Below, piece after piece: positions 1-11,900 of a stretch of DNA of 64,000 nucleotides. A model generated the notes under the pieces. It saw nothing but the letters and a program-made list of their open reading frames with translations. It did not search any database and was not told where the DNA came from. A program made the position numbers and the translations under genes. Position 1 is the first letter of the stretch, and each line of letters opens with the position of its first letter. The DNA is from Coleofasciculus sp. B1-GNL1-01 (lineage in GTDB: Bacteria; Cyanobacteriota; Cyanobacteriia; Cyanobacteriales; Coleofasciculaceae), in NCBI GenBank assembly GCA_040220235.1, contig JAVJTO010000048.1; one strand, 5' to 3'.

Positions 1-31
1 CAACTCCTCAAAAATCGTACATAAGTAGCCC

Positions 32-93
32 TTGCAAAAATACCGCGTTGGCGGAGCCTGCTGAAGAAGGAACGTATCGCGGTATTTTTGCAA
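32..93. repeat. HIP1-centred palindrome interrupted by a 28-nt insert (SDR5-like small element)
   Basis: ttgcaaaaataccGCG (32-47) and ATCGCggtatttttgcaa (76-93) form a perfect 34-bp palindrome once 48-75 is removed. Confidence 0.7.
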
Positions 94-152
94 TATGACA
101 AGAGATAGGCTGAAACCCACGCCACATCAAGGTTTCAGCGAGTGTACATAAG

Positions 153-370
153 TAGGGTCTGCTGAATAACTCTTGTGGTGGGGAGAGGCACTAGGCAATA
201 GGCAATGGTCATTGGTTTCAACCCTCTGTCGAGTGAAAATTCGGCGCTGATGTTGGCAAAAATTCCAGGATGCAAGAGAGTGGTAGTGTAAAAACCTTGC
301 ACTTGTTGGGTCAAAAAATGGCTTGAAACCCCTATCTAGTCTACCTTACACACTTATGCAGCAAGCCCTA
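153..370. mobile_element. MITE-like non-autonomous element
   Basis: Imperfect 17-bp terminal inverted repeats tagggtctgctgaataa (153-169) / ttatgcagcaagcccta (354-370), TA at both ends, no ORF. Confidence 0.6.
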
Positions 371-899
371 ACTATTGTGGTGAGGGGAGAGAACAGGGAA
401 CGGTTTTCCGATGACTTCAAGTGACTTTAAGCCCTACCTAAATTATTGGGCATGATTAAGGTTAACGCTAAAACTTCATTAGACTGTGTATTAAGTCGGT
501 GGGGACAATTAAAATTAACGATTGATGTTGGGTGATATAAAAGAAAATGCAACAGTAATGTTCGAGAATTTTTAATGTTTTTTAGTACAGCGTACAGGAT
601 TAGTACAGGTATATTCAGGTAGTTGTTTGGCTGTTATTTTTATTTTAAAACAAAATAAAAAACAGCAAAATTAAATATTTTTGAGTTTTAGTATTGACAT
701 TTTGGCTTTTTAATAAGCTACAATTAAACCAGCTATTTATATAGCTAGTGTACCATAAAATGCCTAATAGTATAAATAGAGCCAATCTAGTGCATTCGAG
801 AAAAGCTAATTTTAAATTTTCCGTAGAAAAATTCATCCGTTTTTTGAGGGTGATGACTAACTATAATGTCAAAAATAGTGAGACCAATTATAAACCAAA

Positions 900-2180
900 A
901 TGCTTGCCCCTTTATCTGTTCGTTCAACTCATTGGCCTATAACAAAACATGATGTTGTCTTTACCACGGAGGAACTGCTAAAACGCATTCAAACTTGTGC
1001 AAGTCAGCAATTTACAGGTCAGTTGGATTTCAACATAACTAATCCCCAACAACAGCAATGGAAGCTATTCTTTAGTGTCGGCAGTTTGATTGGTTGTCAC
1101 AGTAAGGTACATCCTGTACGTCGTTGGTTTCGTCAGCTATCATTGCATTGTCCTTCGGTGGCTGTTAATGCTGTGGCGCAAAAAGGAGGGCTAATTCAAT
1201 ATCAAGATTATGAATCATTAGCCATACAAGTGAAACAAGGACAAATCCCTCTGGGACAAATGGCAGCACTGGTTGAAGGTCATACCAGCGAGGTTCTTTT
1301 TGATATTATCCAAGCTGGCGAACAACAAAACTATCATTCTGGGATTTATCTAAGCTACCGAGTTATTCCTCAAGATTCCATCGATTTAGGGTGGGTTGTG
1401 GTAAGAGCGGAGCGCGTTTGGCAGCAAGTTTTTCAGGATTGGCAAGCTTGGCAAAAAGCGGGTTTAGCTGACATTTCACCGAATCTTGCCCCCAAAATTT
1501 TGCAGGCAGATCAGTTACGCCAGCAGACATCCCCCTCTGCTTATCGCAATCTAACAGCGTTTGCGGACGGGAAACAAACGCTTCGGGATTTAGCGGTTAA
1601 GTTAAAACAAAGTCCTCTGCCCTTAACTCACTCGATTGCCCCTTATATTCAGAAAAATTTAATTGGATTAATTGAAGTTGAGGACTTTAAGAGTTCTATT
1701 TTACCTCGCCAAGTTGTTGAGGATAAATCTAATGAAAATGGCAAACTTACATCACGAAAGTCTTCTCGCCCGTCATCCTCCTCTAAATCAGCAAATGCGG
1801 TAATTGCTTACATTGATGATAGTCGAATTGACACTCAAATGATGGGTTATATTTTAGAGGAAGCGGGTTACAAGTTTGTCTCAATCCAGGATTCAGTGCA
1901 AGCCCTTGTTAAGCTTCTAGAAAACAAGCCGGATCTGATCTTCCTGGATTTGGTGATGCCTGTCGCCAATGGTTATGAAATTTGTTCTCAAATTCGTCGT
2001 GTTTCGATTTTTCAGAATATTCCCGTGATTATTCTGACCGGAAACGATGGCATTGTAGACCGGGTGCGTGCCAAGATGGTCGGGGCTTCTGGGTTTTTGC
2101 CAAAGCCGATTACTCAACAAAAAGTGCTGAGTACTTTGCAGAAGTATTTACCGACCAAATCGATATCGATGAGTAATTAA
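900..2180 (+). CDS. PatA-family response regulator (N-terminal PATAN-like domain + C-terminal receiver)
   Basis: C-terminal REC (YIDDS...FLDLVMP...KP); first gene of a cyanobacterial taxis cluster. Confidence 0.85.
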   Translation: MLAPLSVRSTHWPITKHDVVFTTEELLKRIQTCASQQFTGQLDFNITNPQQQQWKLFFSVGSLIGCHSKVHPVRRWFRQLSLHCPSVAVNAVAQKGGLIQYQDYESLAIQVKQGQIPLGQMAALVEGHTSEVLFDIIQAGEQQNYHSGIYLSYRVIPQDSIDLGWVVVRAERVWQQVFQDWQAWQKAGLADISPNLAPKILQADQLRQQTSPSAYRNLTAFADGKQTLRDLAVKLKQSPLPLTHSIAPYIQKNLIGLIEVEDFKSSILPRQVVEDKSNENGKLTSRKSSRPSSSSKSANAVIAYIDDSRIDTQMMGYILEEAGYKFVSIQDSVQALVKLLENKPDLIFLDLVMPVANGYEICSQIRRVSIFQNIPVIILTGNDGIVDRVRAKMVGASGFLPKPITQQKVLSTLQKYLPTKSISMSN

Positions 2181-2248
2181 ATAGTGTTCAGTATTTATGA
2201 CTGAACAAAAAACTGCAAAGGTTGTGTATCGCAAACATTGGATTAACT

Positions 2249-2614
2249 ATGACAACTGTTCTTTTAGTGGAAGATAGTGTAACCGAAACCCAGGTGCTAA
2301 CTCGTTATTTAAGACAAGCCGGATTTAACGTGATTAGTGTGACAAGTGGAGAGGAAGCGCATAGAAAACTTCAAGCTCAAAAACCTGATTTAGTGATTCT
2401 CGATGTTATTTTACCGGGTCAAAGTGGCTTTGAACTTTGCCGCGAGATTAAAACCAACATCGACACGAAAAAAATTCCTGTGGTCATTTGTTCGACCAAA
2501 GGAACGGAAGCTGACAAATTATGGGGGTCAATGCTGGGTGCTGATGCCTATATGTCTAAACCCGTAGACCAACAGGAATTAATGAAAATCATTAATAAAT
2601 TTACGTTGGTTTAG
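2249..2614 (+). CDS. cheY: CheY/PilH-like single-domain response regulator
   Basis: VLLVEDS...ILDVILP...KP; ATG at 2249 preferred over TTG at 2222. Confidence 0.9.
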   Translation: MTTVLLVEDSVTETQVLTRYLRQAGFNVISVTSGEEAHRKLQAQKPDLVILDVILPGQSGFELCREIKTNIDTKKIPVVICSTKGTEADKLWGSMLGADAYMSKPVDQQELMKIINKFTLV

Positions 2615-2681
2615 CTGTTCCCTGTGACACACCGAGCGAAGCCGAGGTGTTCCCTGTTCCCTGTTCCCTGTTCCCTAAAAT

Positions 2682-3218
2682 ATGACAAATTCACTTGACT
2701 CAATCCTATTAACCACGAGTCTTGATTCACTCACCCTTAAACCTTTACCTCCGGAAACACAGCGACGGTTACTTCGCTTTCCTCTGAGTCACCAAGATAG
2801 TGCCTTATTGCCCTTGGAACAAATTGGGGAAGTGCTACGGGTAAATGTAAGAGACATTCTGCCTGTTCCGGAAATGCCCGGTTGTGTTTTAGGGATCTGC
2901 AACTGGCGTGGCGATATGCTTTGGCTGGTTGATCTGAGCCAGTTGCTGGGCTATTTATCGTTAGACCAACAAGGGCAATTGGCTGATGTTTTGGTGGTTT
3001 TAGTGGTGCAGGTGAATGAGCAATCGATCGGACTGGTTGTTTCCCAAGTTAATGACATCGAATACCACAATTTGCAACATTTGCAGCCTGCTGTTCCGGG
3101 TGTATTTCCACCTAAACTGTTGCCGTTTATTCTGGGTTCCCTCCCTGAAGATCAGGGCATCGTTTTGAATGTTAATGCCATTAGCCACTATCCCCTGTGG
3201 CAAAGGCATCGTGAGTGA
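2682..3218 (+). CDS. cheW: CheW-like adaptor
   Basis: PVPEMPGCVLGICNWRGDMLWLVDL motif. Confidence 0.9.
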   Translation: MTNSLDSILLTTSLDSLTLKPLPPETQRRLLRFPLSHQDSALLPLEQIGEVLRVNVRDILPVPEMPGCVLGICNWRGDMLWLVDLSQLLGYLSLDQQGQLADVLVVLVVQVNEQSIGLVVSQVNDIEYHNLQHLQPAVPGVFPPKLLPFILGSLPEDQGIVLNVNAISHYPLWQRHRE

Positions 3219-3251
3219 AAAATGAAGAAGATGAGGGAGATAGGGGCGATG

Positions 3252-3315
3252 AGGGCGGGTTTTGCACAAACGTTACCATCAATAGCGATAAAAAAGTTTC
3301 TAAACCCGCCCCTAC
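3252..3315. repeat. REP-like inverted pair (GGGCGGGTTT...AAACCCGCCCCTAC)
   Basis: Same family recurs at about 8462, 8875, 23910, 24949, 27275-27490, 36477, 42943, 43640, 44849-45152 and 57532. Confidence 0.8.
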
Positions 3316-3431
3316 AAACCATGTCCGACTAGGGAATAAAGGGTCAAAACTCTACTTTCTCTATCTTCCTCACTTTCCCCATTTTTTCCGATCGCAGATC
3401 GCAGATCTATTAGGACTAGACACATCGAATT

Positions 3432-6400
3432 ATGCAAGAACTCGAACAATCCAAACAAGTACTCAACCCTGATGCGGAGAACGATTCCGCTCATAAAATT
3501 AGTAATGGCGATCGCGTGACAGATGAATCTCAGCCAGAGATGGGTGTCAATATCGAAACCTATTTTCAGGAACAACGCCAGTGGCTGTTAGCGGTTGCTC
3601 AACGGATGCGTCGTGCGTCTACGATTGAAACCGTTGATACGCTGCTGGAAACCACTGTGGCTGAAGTGCGAGAGCATTTCCAAGTGGATCGCGTCCTGAT
3701 TTATCAATTTAAGACGGAAACCGAGGGCGTGGTTCGTGCCGAATCCCTGGTTGCGGGGTATACTCCCTGTGTGGGTGAATCCTTACCCGCCTTAACCTTT
3801 GGCGCCAACAGTCAAATCGAATATCAGCAGCAACAGGTTGTGACGCTGAGTCATCTGTATCAAGGTGTAACCAGTCCCTATCAACTGCAACTGCTGAAAC
3901 GGTTTCAAGTTAAAGCCAGCTTAAGTTTACCGATTCTGTTCAGTAAACAAGTCTGGGGGTTACTAATTGTTCAGCAATGTTCCGGAACCCGCACTTGGCA
4001 AGACTCCGAGATTAACCTGCTGTATCAGGTGACAACGGAACTGGCTCTTAACTTGCAACCGGGAGAACTATTTAGCCAACTCCGCCGCCAAAACAAAAAT
4101 ACCAAAATTGTCGGTCAAGTCGCGGCGAAAATCCTCAAGAACATATTGCGATCGCTAAATATTCCCCAAGTCTTTAGCAGCGCTACACGGGAGATCCGTC
4201 AGCAACTCCAGTGCGATCGCGTGGCGGTGTATCGGTTTAATCCAGATTGGAGTGGGGAATTTATCGCCGAATCCGTTGCTCCTGGCTGGGTTCCCTTAGT
4301 TGGTCCGGATATCCAAACAGTTTGGGAGGATACCTATCTCCAAGAAACCCGAGGCGGACGTTATCGCTACGAAGAAACCAATGGCGTGAATGATATTTAC
4401 GCCGCTGGGTTAACCGACTGTCACATCGATCTGTTGGAACAATTTGAGGCAAAAGCGTATGCGATCGCGCCCATTTTTGAAGGAGATAAACTCTGGGGAT
4501 TACTCGCCGCCTTCCAAAACTCAGGTCCGCGTCAATGGGACACTTCAGAACTGAATATACTGGCATTAGTCGGACGTCAGTTTGGTGTGGCGCTTCAGCA
4601 AGCCGAATATTTGAACAGTTTACAAACGCGAACTGGACAATTAGCAAAAGCGGCGGAACGGGAACGCACCATCGCCCGGGTGATTGAGAAAATTCGTCAA
4701 ACTACAGACTTAGAGACGATTTTCCAAACCACCACCAAAGAAGTGCGTAAACTCCTGAATATTGAGCGCGTCACCATTTATAAATTCCGCGACGATTACT
4801 TCGGTGATTTTGTCAGTGAATCCCAAAGCGGAGGATTTCCTCCAGTCGTGGGCAGTGGTTGGGAAGATCCCTATCTCAACGAACATCGAGGCGGACGGTT
4901 TCTCGATAATGAAGCCTTGGTGGTCGATGATATTTATACCGCCAATCTCACCGATTGTCATGTCGAAGCGTTAGAAAACTATGGCGTTAAATCCTGCGCC
5001 ATTGTCTCGATTTTCCAAGGGCAAAAGCTGTGGGGATTACTCAGTGCTTTTCAAAACACCAGTACCCGCCATTGGGAAGAAGGCGAAGTCCAATTACTCA
5101 AACAAATTGCCAACCAACTCGGTGTCGCCCTACAACAAGCCGAATATGTGCATCAGATTCAGGTGCAATCTGAACAACAGGCGAAAGAGGCGGAACGCGA
5201 ACGGGCGTTAGCCAAAGTCGTGGATAAGATTCGTCAACCCTTCAACATTGACAAGGTGTTTGAAACCACCACTCAGGAAGTGCGGCGACTGCTAAATGCA
5301 GAACGGGTGACGATTTATAAGTTCCGGGAGGACTATTTCGGTGACTTTATCTGTGAATCCGAGTCGGGCGGATTTCCTAAATTAGTCGGGAGTGGTTGGG
5401 AAGATCCCTATCTCAACGAACACCACGGGGGATGCTTCCGGGACAATGAACCGTTTGTGGTAGACGATGTTCACGATGGTACGCTGACGGATTGTCATGT
5501 TGAGGCGTTAGACTACTATGGCGTCAAATCCTGCGCGGTGGTGTCTATCTTCCAAGAAGACAAACTCTGGGGATTACTCAGTGCCTTTCAAAACACAGGG
5601 ACACGCCACTGGGAAGACGGTGAAGTGCGCTTGCTCAAACAAGTGGCGTCTCAACTGGGCGTGGCGTTGCAACAAGCCGATTATTTGCAGCAATTACAAA
5701 CCCAATCCCAGCAACTGCTGAAAACCGCCGACTTGGAACGAGTCACGGCTCAAATTATCAGCAAAATTAGCCAATCTCAAGACTTGGATCAGATTTTCCA
5801 GACGGCTTGTGGGGAACTACAAACCTTTTTGGGGGCTGATCGCGTGGGGATTTATCGCTTTGATCCCGAATCGGGGTTTGATCAGGGAGAAATGGTGTCT
5901 GAACGGGTCGTCGCTGGTTTCCCCTCTTCGATGTCGATCAAAGTTGATGACCATTGCTTTGGCGAAAAACATGCGGAAAATTATCGTAAGGGACGGGTTT
6001 GGGCAGTTGCCGATATCCATCACGCCAATTTAGCGCCCTGTTATATTGATACCCTCTCCAAATTCCAAGTGCGCGGGAATTTGGTCGCCCCTGTTATGCA
6101 AGGGATCGAATTGTGGGGATTACTCTGTATTCACCAGTGCAGTGGTCCACGCAAGTGGAGAAACCAAGAAGTGGAATTTGTCAAGCAGGTGGCGTATCAA
6201 TTGTCTATCGCCCTAAAACAATCCCAGTACCTGCACCAGTTACAAGACCAATCCACGCAGCTCGCGACGATTGCCCAAACTCAGGAAACGGTATCCAGTG
6301 TTCTGACTAAGTTGAGCTATGGCGAGGATATCGCCACCATCTACAACATATCCACTCGTGAACTGCGGAAACTACTCAAGTGCGATCGCACGGCGGTGTA

Positions 6401-8411
6401 CCAATTTGAACCGGATTGGAGTGGTGTGTTTGTGGCGGAGTCAGTGGCTACGGGTTGGACGCCGTTAGTGGGTCCGGATATCCGCACCGTCTGGGAAGAC
6501 ACCTATTTACAAGAAACTCAAGGGGGTCGTTATCGCGATCGGGAAAGCTTTGCCGTGGATGATATCCATACCGTGGGTCACTCCGATTGTCACGTTGAAA
6601 TTTTAGAACAGTTTGAGGTCAAAGCTTACGCCCTCGCCCCGATTTTCGTGGCTGATGAGTTATGGGGAATCCTCTGTGCTTATCAAAATAGTGGATCTCG
6701 CCATTGGACAAGTACCGAAATCACTGCATTGACCCAACTCGCTCAAGGCGTAGGAACGGCATTACAACGCCTCTACTACTTGGAACAGGTGCAACAGCAG
6801 TCAGATCAATTCGCCCAGTTAGCGAAACGGGAAAGTAACTTTATCAACCTGCTGTATAAAACCGGACAACGGATTGCTGAACGCTTGCAGAAAGGAACCT
6901 TAAACCCAGAGGTTCTCCTACAGGCGACGAGTCAGGAACTGCGACTGCTGCTGAATGCGGATCGGGTGTCGGTTTATCGCTTTAATTCCGATTGGAGTGG
7001 GGAATTTGTGCTTGAAGATGTCGGGGGTTCCTACGTCAAGGTTGTCGGTTCCCAACTGGCAAAGGTGAGTGATCCGGTGTTGCAACAAAGTGAGGGTGGT
7101 GTTTATCGCCAAAATCAGACCAGTGCGGTTAACGATATCACTCAAGCCACGGAGTTGACATTTACTCGTGAACTGTTGCAGCAGTGGGGAGCGAAGGCTT
7201 ACATCATCGCCCCCCTATTCCAAGGGGAACAACTGTGGGGATTGCTGGGGGTGTATCAAAACAGTGAACCCCGCACCTGGGAAGAGGGCGAGGTTAAACT
7301 TTTGGCGCAGATGGCAACTCAGTTAGGGATTGCTCTCCAGCAAGCGCAATCCTTGGAACAAGTTCAGGAACAGTCCCAGCAATTGATGGCGGCGGCGCAA
7401 CGGGAGAAAGCGGCGAAGGAAGAATTACAACAGGGGGTGATTCAACTGCTAATGGCGGTACGTCCGGCGTTACAAGGGGATCTGACGGTACGAGCGCCGA
7501 TTACCGAAGATGAAGTGGGAACGGTGGCGGATGCCTATAACAATACCCTGCAAAGTCTGCGGGCGATTATACAACAGGTGCAGCAATCCTCTCGCCAAGT
7601 AGCACAAACCTCCCAAGCCAGTGAAACCGCGATCGCAGGATTAGCCCAACAAGCCCAACGTCAGTTCCAGGCGCTGGAAAACACCTTGGAACAGATTCAG
7701 ATGATGGTGAATACCACTGAAGCGGTGGGGGCTAGCGCTCAACAGGTGGAAGAAGCGGTGCAACGCGCTAACCAAACGGTTCAAGCCGGGGATGAGGCGA
7801 TGAACCGCACGGTGGATGGGATTATGGATATCCGGGAAACCGTGGCGGAAACCAGTAAGCGGCTGAAGCGTTTGAGTGAATCGACGCAGAAGGTATCGCG
7901 AGTGGTGAATTTGATTAGTAACTTTACGACTCAAACCCAGTTGTTGGCGTTAAATGCGTCAATTGAAGCCACCCGCGCTGGTGAATATGGACGAGGGTTC
8001 GTCGTGGTTGCGGATGAAGTCCGTTCTCTGGCGCGTCAATCGGCGGAAGCGACGACGGAGATTGCCCAATTGGTGCAGGAAATCCAGATGGGTACGGCTG
8101 AGGTGTCATCGGTTATGGAAACGGGAATTCAGCAGGTTGCATCGGGTACAAACCAAGTCAACGAAGCGCGGGAGTATTTGTATGCGATCGTGGAAGCTAC
8201 GAGTCAGATTAGTCAGGTGGTAGCGGGAATTACCCAAGCGACTCAAGTTCAGAGTCAGGAGTTGCAGTCGGTTACCCGAACCATGACTCAGGTGGCGACG
8301 ATTGCTAACCAAACGGTGGAGAATTCGACGGAGATGTCGTCATCGTTCCAAGGTTTGTTGACGATGGCGCAAAATCTGCAAATGAGTGCGGATCAGTTCA
8401 AGGTTGAATAG
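3432..8411 (+). CDS. Multi-GAF cyanobacteriochrome methyl-accepting phototaxis receptor (PtxD/PixJ-like), 7 GAF + MCP signalling domain
   Basis: Seven DRV-x-YRF/YKF GAF units, five with the bilin-binding CH/CY Cys; C-terminal [20 protein letters not shown]; no evident transmembrane segment. Confidence 0.92.
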   Translation: MQELEQSKQVLNPDAENDSAHKISNGDRVTDESQPEMGVNIETYFQEQRQWLLAVAQRMRRASTIETVDTLLETTVAEVREHFQVDRVLIYQFKTETEGVVRAESLVAGYTPCVGESLPALTFGANSQIEYQQQQVVTLSHLYQGVTSPYQLQLLKRFQVKASLSLPILFSKQVWGLLIVQQCSGTRTWQDSEINLLYQVTTELALNLQPGELFSQLRRQNKNTKIVGQVAAKILKNILRSLNIPQVFSSATREIRQQLQCDRVAVYRFNPDWSGEFIAESVAPGWVPLVGPDIQTVWEDTYLQETRGGRYRYEETNGVNDIYAAGLTDCHIDLLEQFEAKAYAIAPIFEGDKLWGLLAAFQNSGPRQWDTSELNILALVGRQFGVALQQAEYLNSLQTRTGQLAKAAERERTIARVIEKIRQTTDLETIFQTTTKEVRKLLNIERVTIYKFRDDYFGDFVSESQSGGFPPVVGSGWEDPYLNEHRGGRFLDNEALVVDDIYTANLTDCHVEALENYGVKSCAIVSIFQGQKLWGLLSAFQNTSTRHWEEGEVQLLKQIANQLGVALQQAEYVHQIQVQSEQQAKEAERERALAKVVDKIRQPFNIDKVFETTTQEVRRLLNAERVTIYKFREDYFGDFICESESGGFPKLVGSGWEDPYLNEHHGGCFRDNEPFVVDDVHDGTLTDCHVEALDYYGVKSCAVVSIFQEDKLWGLLSAFQNTGTRHWEDGEVRLLKQVASQLGVALQQADYLQQLQTQSQQLLKTADLERVTAQIISKISQSQDLDQIFQTACGELQTFLGADRVGIYRFDPESGFDQGEMVSERVVAGFPSSMSIKVDDHCFGEKHAENYRKGRVWAVADIHHANLAPCYIDTLSKFQVRGNLVAPVMQGIELWGLLCIHQCSGPRKWRNQEVEFVKQVAYQLSIALKQSQYLHQLQDQSTQLATIAQTQETVSSVLTKLSYGEDIATIYNISTRELRKLLKCDRTAVYQFEPDWSGVFVAESVATGWTPLVGPDIRTVWEDTYLQETQGGRYRDRESFAVDDIHTVGHSDCHVEILEQFEVKAYALAPIFVADELWGILCAYQNSGSRHWTSTEITALTQLAQGVGTALQRLYYLEQVQQQSDQFAQLAKRESNFINLLYKTGQRIAERLQKGTLNPEVLLQATSQELRLLLNADRVSVYRFNSDWSGEFVLEDVGGSYVKVVGSQLAKVSDPVLQQSEGGVYRQNQTSAVNDITQATELTFTRELLQQWGAKAYIIAPLFQGEQLWGLLGVYQNSEPRTWEEGEVKLLAQMATQLGIALQQAQSLEQVQEQSQQLMAAAQREKAAKEELQQGVIQLLMAVRPALQGDLTVRAPITEDEVGTVADAYNNTLQSLRAIIQQVQQSSRQVAQTSQASETAIAGLAQQAQRQFQALENTLEQIQMMVNTTEAVGASAQQVEEAVQRANQTVQAGDEAMNRTVDGIMDIRETVAETSKRLKRLSESTQKVSRVVNLISNFTTQTQLLALNASIEATRAGEYGRGFVVVADEVRSLARQSAEATTEIAQLVQEIQMGTAEVSSVMETGIQQVASGTNQVNEAREYLYAIVEATSQISQVVAGITQATQVQSQELQSVTRTMTQVATIANQTVENSTEMSSSFQGLLTMAQNLQMSADQFKVE

Positions 8412-8413
8412 TC

Positions 8414-8940
8414 TGTCATTTGTCCTTTGTCATTGGTCATTTGTCCTTTGTCATTGACGTTGTAGGGGCGGGTTTGACGATTATCGTTTTTTATCTTACC
8501 TAGGTGTGAGTAAACCCGCCTCTAAACCCAACCCTACTCGCTGAAGTGTTTATCCATCCTGCTTTTAGCCCATTTCTTTTTGTCACAGATAGGGTCAAAA
8601 ATAGGAGTTTGTCTCTGGGGGACCAGCCCCCCAGACCCCCCGATGGGGGACGAGCGCCTCCCCCATACCCCCCGCGCAACGCTTCGCTTGACTATATCTC
8701 ATCGGGTGGTCTTCATCTGTAAATAAGGATATCAATAAGGTTTCATCTTTGGAGATACTAATGTCGCTCAAAGCCTGATTTTAAAAGGTTTTAGATGCCT
8801 TGTCATTCCTTCAGTCCACCCCTACAAACCAGAATTATTGAGCCTAGCGTTGGGTCAACACTCAACACTTAGTCAGGGCGGGTTTTGTACCAAGGTTACT
8901 ATCAATCGCCAACAGAAAGTCCCTAAACCCGCCCCTACAT
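8414..8940. repeat. Composite intergenic repeat region (STRR tttgtca, two REP pairs, GC-rich hairpins)
   Basis: Heptamer run 8414-8456; gtaggggcgggttt...aaacccgcc at 8462 and 8875; G/C-run hairpins 8616-8675. Confidence 0.65.
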
Positions 8941-8964
8941 CCTTCACAATCCAACAGTTTTCCT

Positions 8965-11900
8965 ATGAATGATCCAAATATTCGTGAACAAAGCTACCAC
9001 TATTTTCTGGAAGAAGCGCCAGAACTTATGGGTATTATCGAACAAGAATTACTCGATCTACGGGCTAATTTTAGTGTTAATAAAGTTCATCACTTAATGC
9101 GAACCACTCACACCCTAAAAGGGGCGGCGGCGAGTGTGGAGTTGGAAACGATTAAAACAGTGGCTCACTCGTTGGAGGATATCTTTAAAACTCTGTTTAA
9201 TCCCGATGTGGTGATTGATGCGGAGGTGGAGGCGTTACTGTTTGAAGGCTATGAATGTCTGCGGCTACCCCTGACGGCGGAAGTGATGGGGGGAAAGATT
9301 AATGAGGCGGAAGTTCTCGATCGCACGGCGGCGGTGTTTGCGAAGTTGCAGGAAAAGCTGGGTGATTGTTTTGACCAACAAGCGAATATTCCGAGTTCGT
9401 TGGAGTTGGGATTTGATGTCACCCAATCTATTTTTGAAGTGGGGGTGAGTCAGCGGTTAGACCAAATTACTGAGGCTTTGGCGAGTAATGATCCGTCAGT
9501 GATGGCGGATACCTTGCGATCGCAGGCGGAGGTGTTGCTGGGTGTGGCGGAATCGATGAATTTACCGGGGTTTGCGGCAATTGCTAGTAGTGCGATCGCG
9601 GCGTTGGAGAATTATCCGGATCAGGCGGAAATGATTACTCAGATCGCCCTAGCTGACTTCCAGGCGGGACAAAAGGCGGTGCTGAATGGCGATCGCACTC
9701 AAGGGGGTCAACCCTCGCAATCGCTGCAAGAATTGGCGGGTGTGGTAGATGGTGATCTAGAGGATGCTGCGCCAGCCGCCGCGCCAGAGAATGTCTGGGA
9801 AGCGGATCTGAGTGATTCAGAGGTTAATGAAGAGTTGGCGGCGTCTGATGCATACGCGGCGGATTCAGCTTACCCCAATGAGGAGTTTTCGCAACCTCCG
9901 ATCACTGATTCGGCAGATTTTCAACTGGATGCGACGGATTTGACGCCTTTACTGGATATCGATATCAATGAGTATGAGGATTATAGTGTATCCGAACCGG
10001 AGACAGAAGGGGTTGAGGAACCCGATTCGGCTGACTTATTGGATAGTGTTTGGGGAAATATCTCGGTTTCCGAATCAACAACGGAGGAGGATGTTCCGGT
10101 AGAATCTGAATCGGAATCCGAAGAAGTGTTTCCCGTCTTCAAAACTCCAGCCAATAATTTTCAGGACTCAATCCCAGAATCTGTACCGACTCCTCCAGTA
10201 GAGGCGGAAGAACCCTTAATGGATTATGTTTTACCTTCGGCACGGGTACAACAAGAATCGGTTCCGGAAACGCAGCCACAAACGGTGCGGGTGAATATTG
10301 ATCATTTAGAACATTTGAATTATGCCGTTGGGGAACTCTTAACCTACCAAAATCGCCAATCTCTCCAGGATGAGCAATTGCAATCAGCGGTGCGTTTGGT
10401 ATTAACTCGGCTGCAACAGCATCAACAACTCTTGGATGAATTGCAAGATTGGCATGACCGTCAATTGCATCGATCGCAACAAAAACGGATGAATCTCAGG
10501 GGAAGAAAACGCCGAGAAGCGATTCAAGAAAAGCCGTCATTGGCTTGGCAAAATCCCCAGACAACAATCCCCAATTACTTTGACCCGTTAGAACTGGATA
10601 GTTATAACGAACCGCAGCTTTTAATCCAGTCGCTGATGGATGATACCGCCCAACTGACGGAAGCAACGGAGTCGATTGAAGTTTTTGCCAGTCAATTTAA
10701 TCAAACCTTTGACAAACAACGGCGACTGTTAACCAGTATCCGGGATACCTTGATGGAGGCGCGACTGTTACCGTTAGGCACTTTATTTAGACGGTTTCCG
10801 CGAGTGTTACAACAGTTAGAAGTCACCCACAATAAATCTGTGGAACTCTACATGGATGGAACAGAAGTATTAGTGGATAAAGTGGTGGTGCAGAAACTTT
10901 ATGACCCCTTACTGCACCTGATCCGAAATGCCTTTGATCATGGGATTGAGTCGCCAGAGGTTCGCCAAGAATCCGGCAAAACTCGTCAGGGTACTATTGC
11001 CATTGATGCCTATCACCAGAATCGATATTTGGTGATTGAAGTTCGGGATGATGGGCAAGGGTTAAACTTTGAGAAGATTCGCCAACGGGCGGTAGAACAG
11101 CGCTTAATTGACGCCGAACAAGCCAGACGATTGTCACCCGCTGAACTGGCTGAGTTTCTGTTTGAACCCGGTTTTTCCACCGCTTCCGGGTTAAGTGATT
11201 TATCCGGGCGGGGAATTGGTATGGATGTGGTGCGTTCTCAGGTGGAATCCCTGCAAGGGTCAGTGACGGTATATTCTCAACCCTATCATGGAACGACGTT
11301 TCGGCTGCAAATCCCCCTAAATCTGACCATCGCCAAGCTACTGTTGATGGAGGCGGGAGGTCAAACTTATGCTTTACTCTCAGATGCGATCGAACAAATC
11401 ATTATCCCGTCACCGGAACGACTGCGCTGCTGGGATGAGGGGAAAGTGCTGCGATGGGGTACTGGCAAGGATGAGCAACTAATTCCGATTTTTTCGTTGG
11501 CAGAGGTGTTAGATTACCATATTCCTCAACCGAAAACCTTAGTGTTATCCTCTCAACGCCCGTTAGTTGAGCAAACTGCGAAAATGTCGGTGATTTTGAT
11601 CCGGTGTCAGAATCGGCTATTAGGCTTGGAAGTCAACCAGCTTGTCGGGGAACAGGAATTAGTGATTCGTCCCTTGGGATCGATGATTGCACCTCCAGAT
11701 TACGTGTATGGCGGCTGTATTCTGGCAGATGGTGGGTTAGCCCTGGTGCTAGATGGGACCACATTAATGCAGTCGATTGCCGATCAGCAGACGGCAAAAT
11801 CCCCGCCAGAGTTTACCTCTGATTTTCAATCCTCAATGGTGGCTTTAACGGGTTCCACCTCCGTTGCATCCGATCGCAACCAGCGACAATTATCTCCCTC

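Noticed and set aside
45..80. Glutamine (glnA) riboswitch-like CGTTGG...GAAGGAACG
   Set aside because: Lacks the central stems and is better explained as an insert in a HIP1 palindrome
585..612. Three GTACAG repeats as a LexA box
   Set aside because: Spacing does not fit the cyanobacterial RGTAC-N3-DGTWC consensus
3215..3472. 85-aa ORF between cheW and the MCP
   Set aside because: Largely a translation of REP and low-complexity repeats (KPAPT motif)
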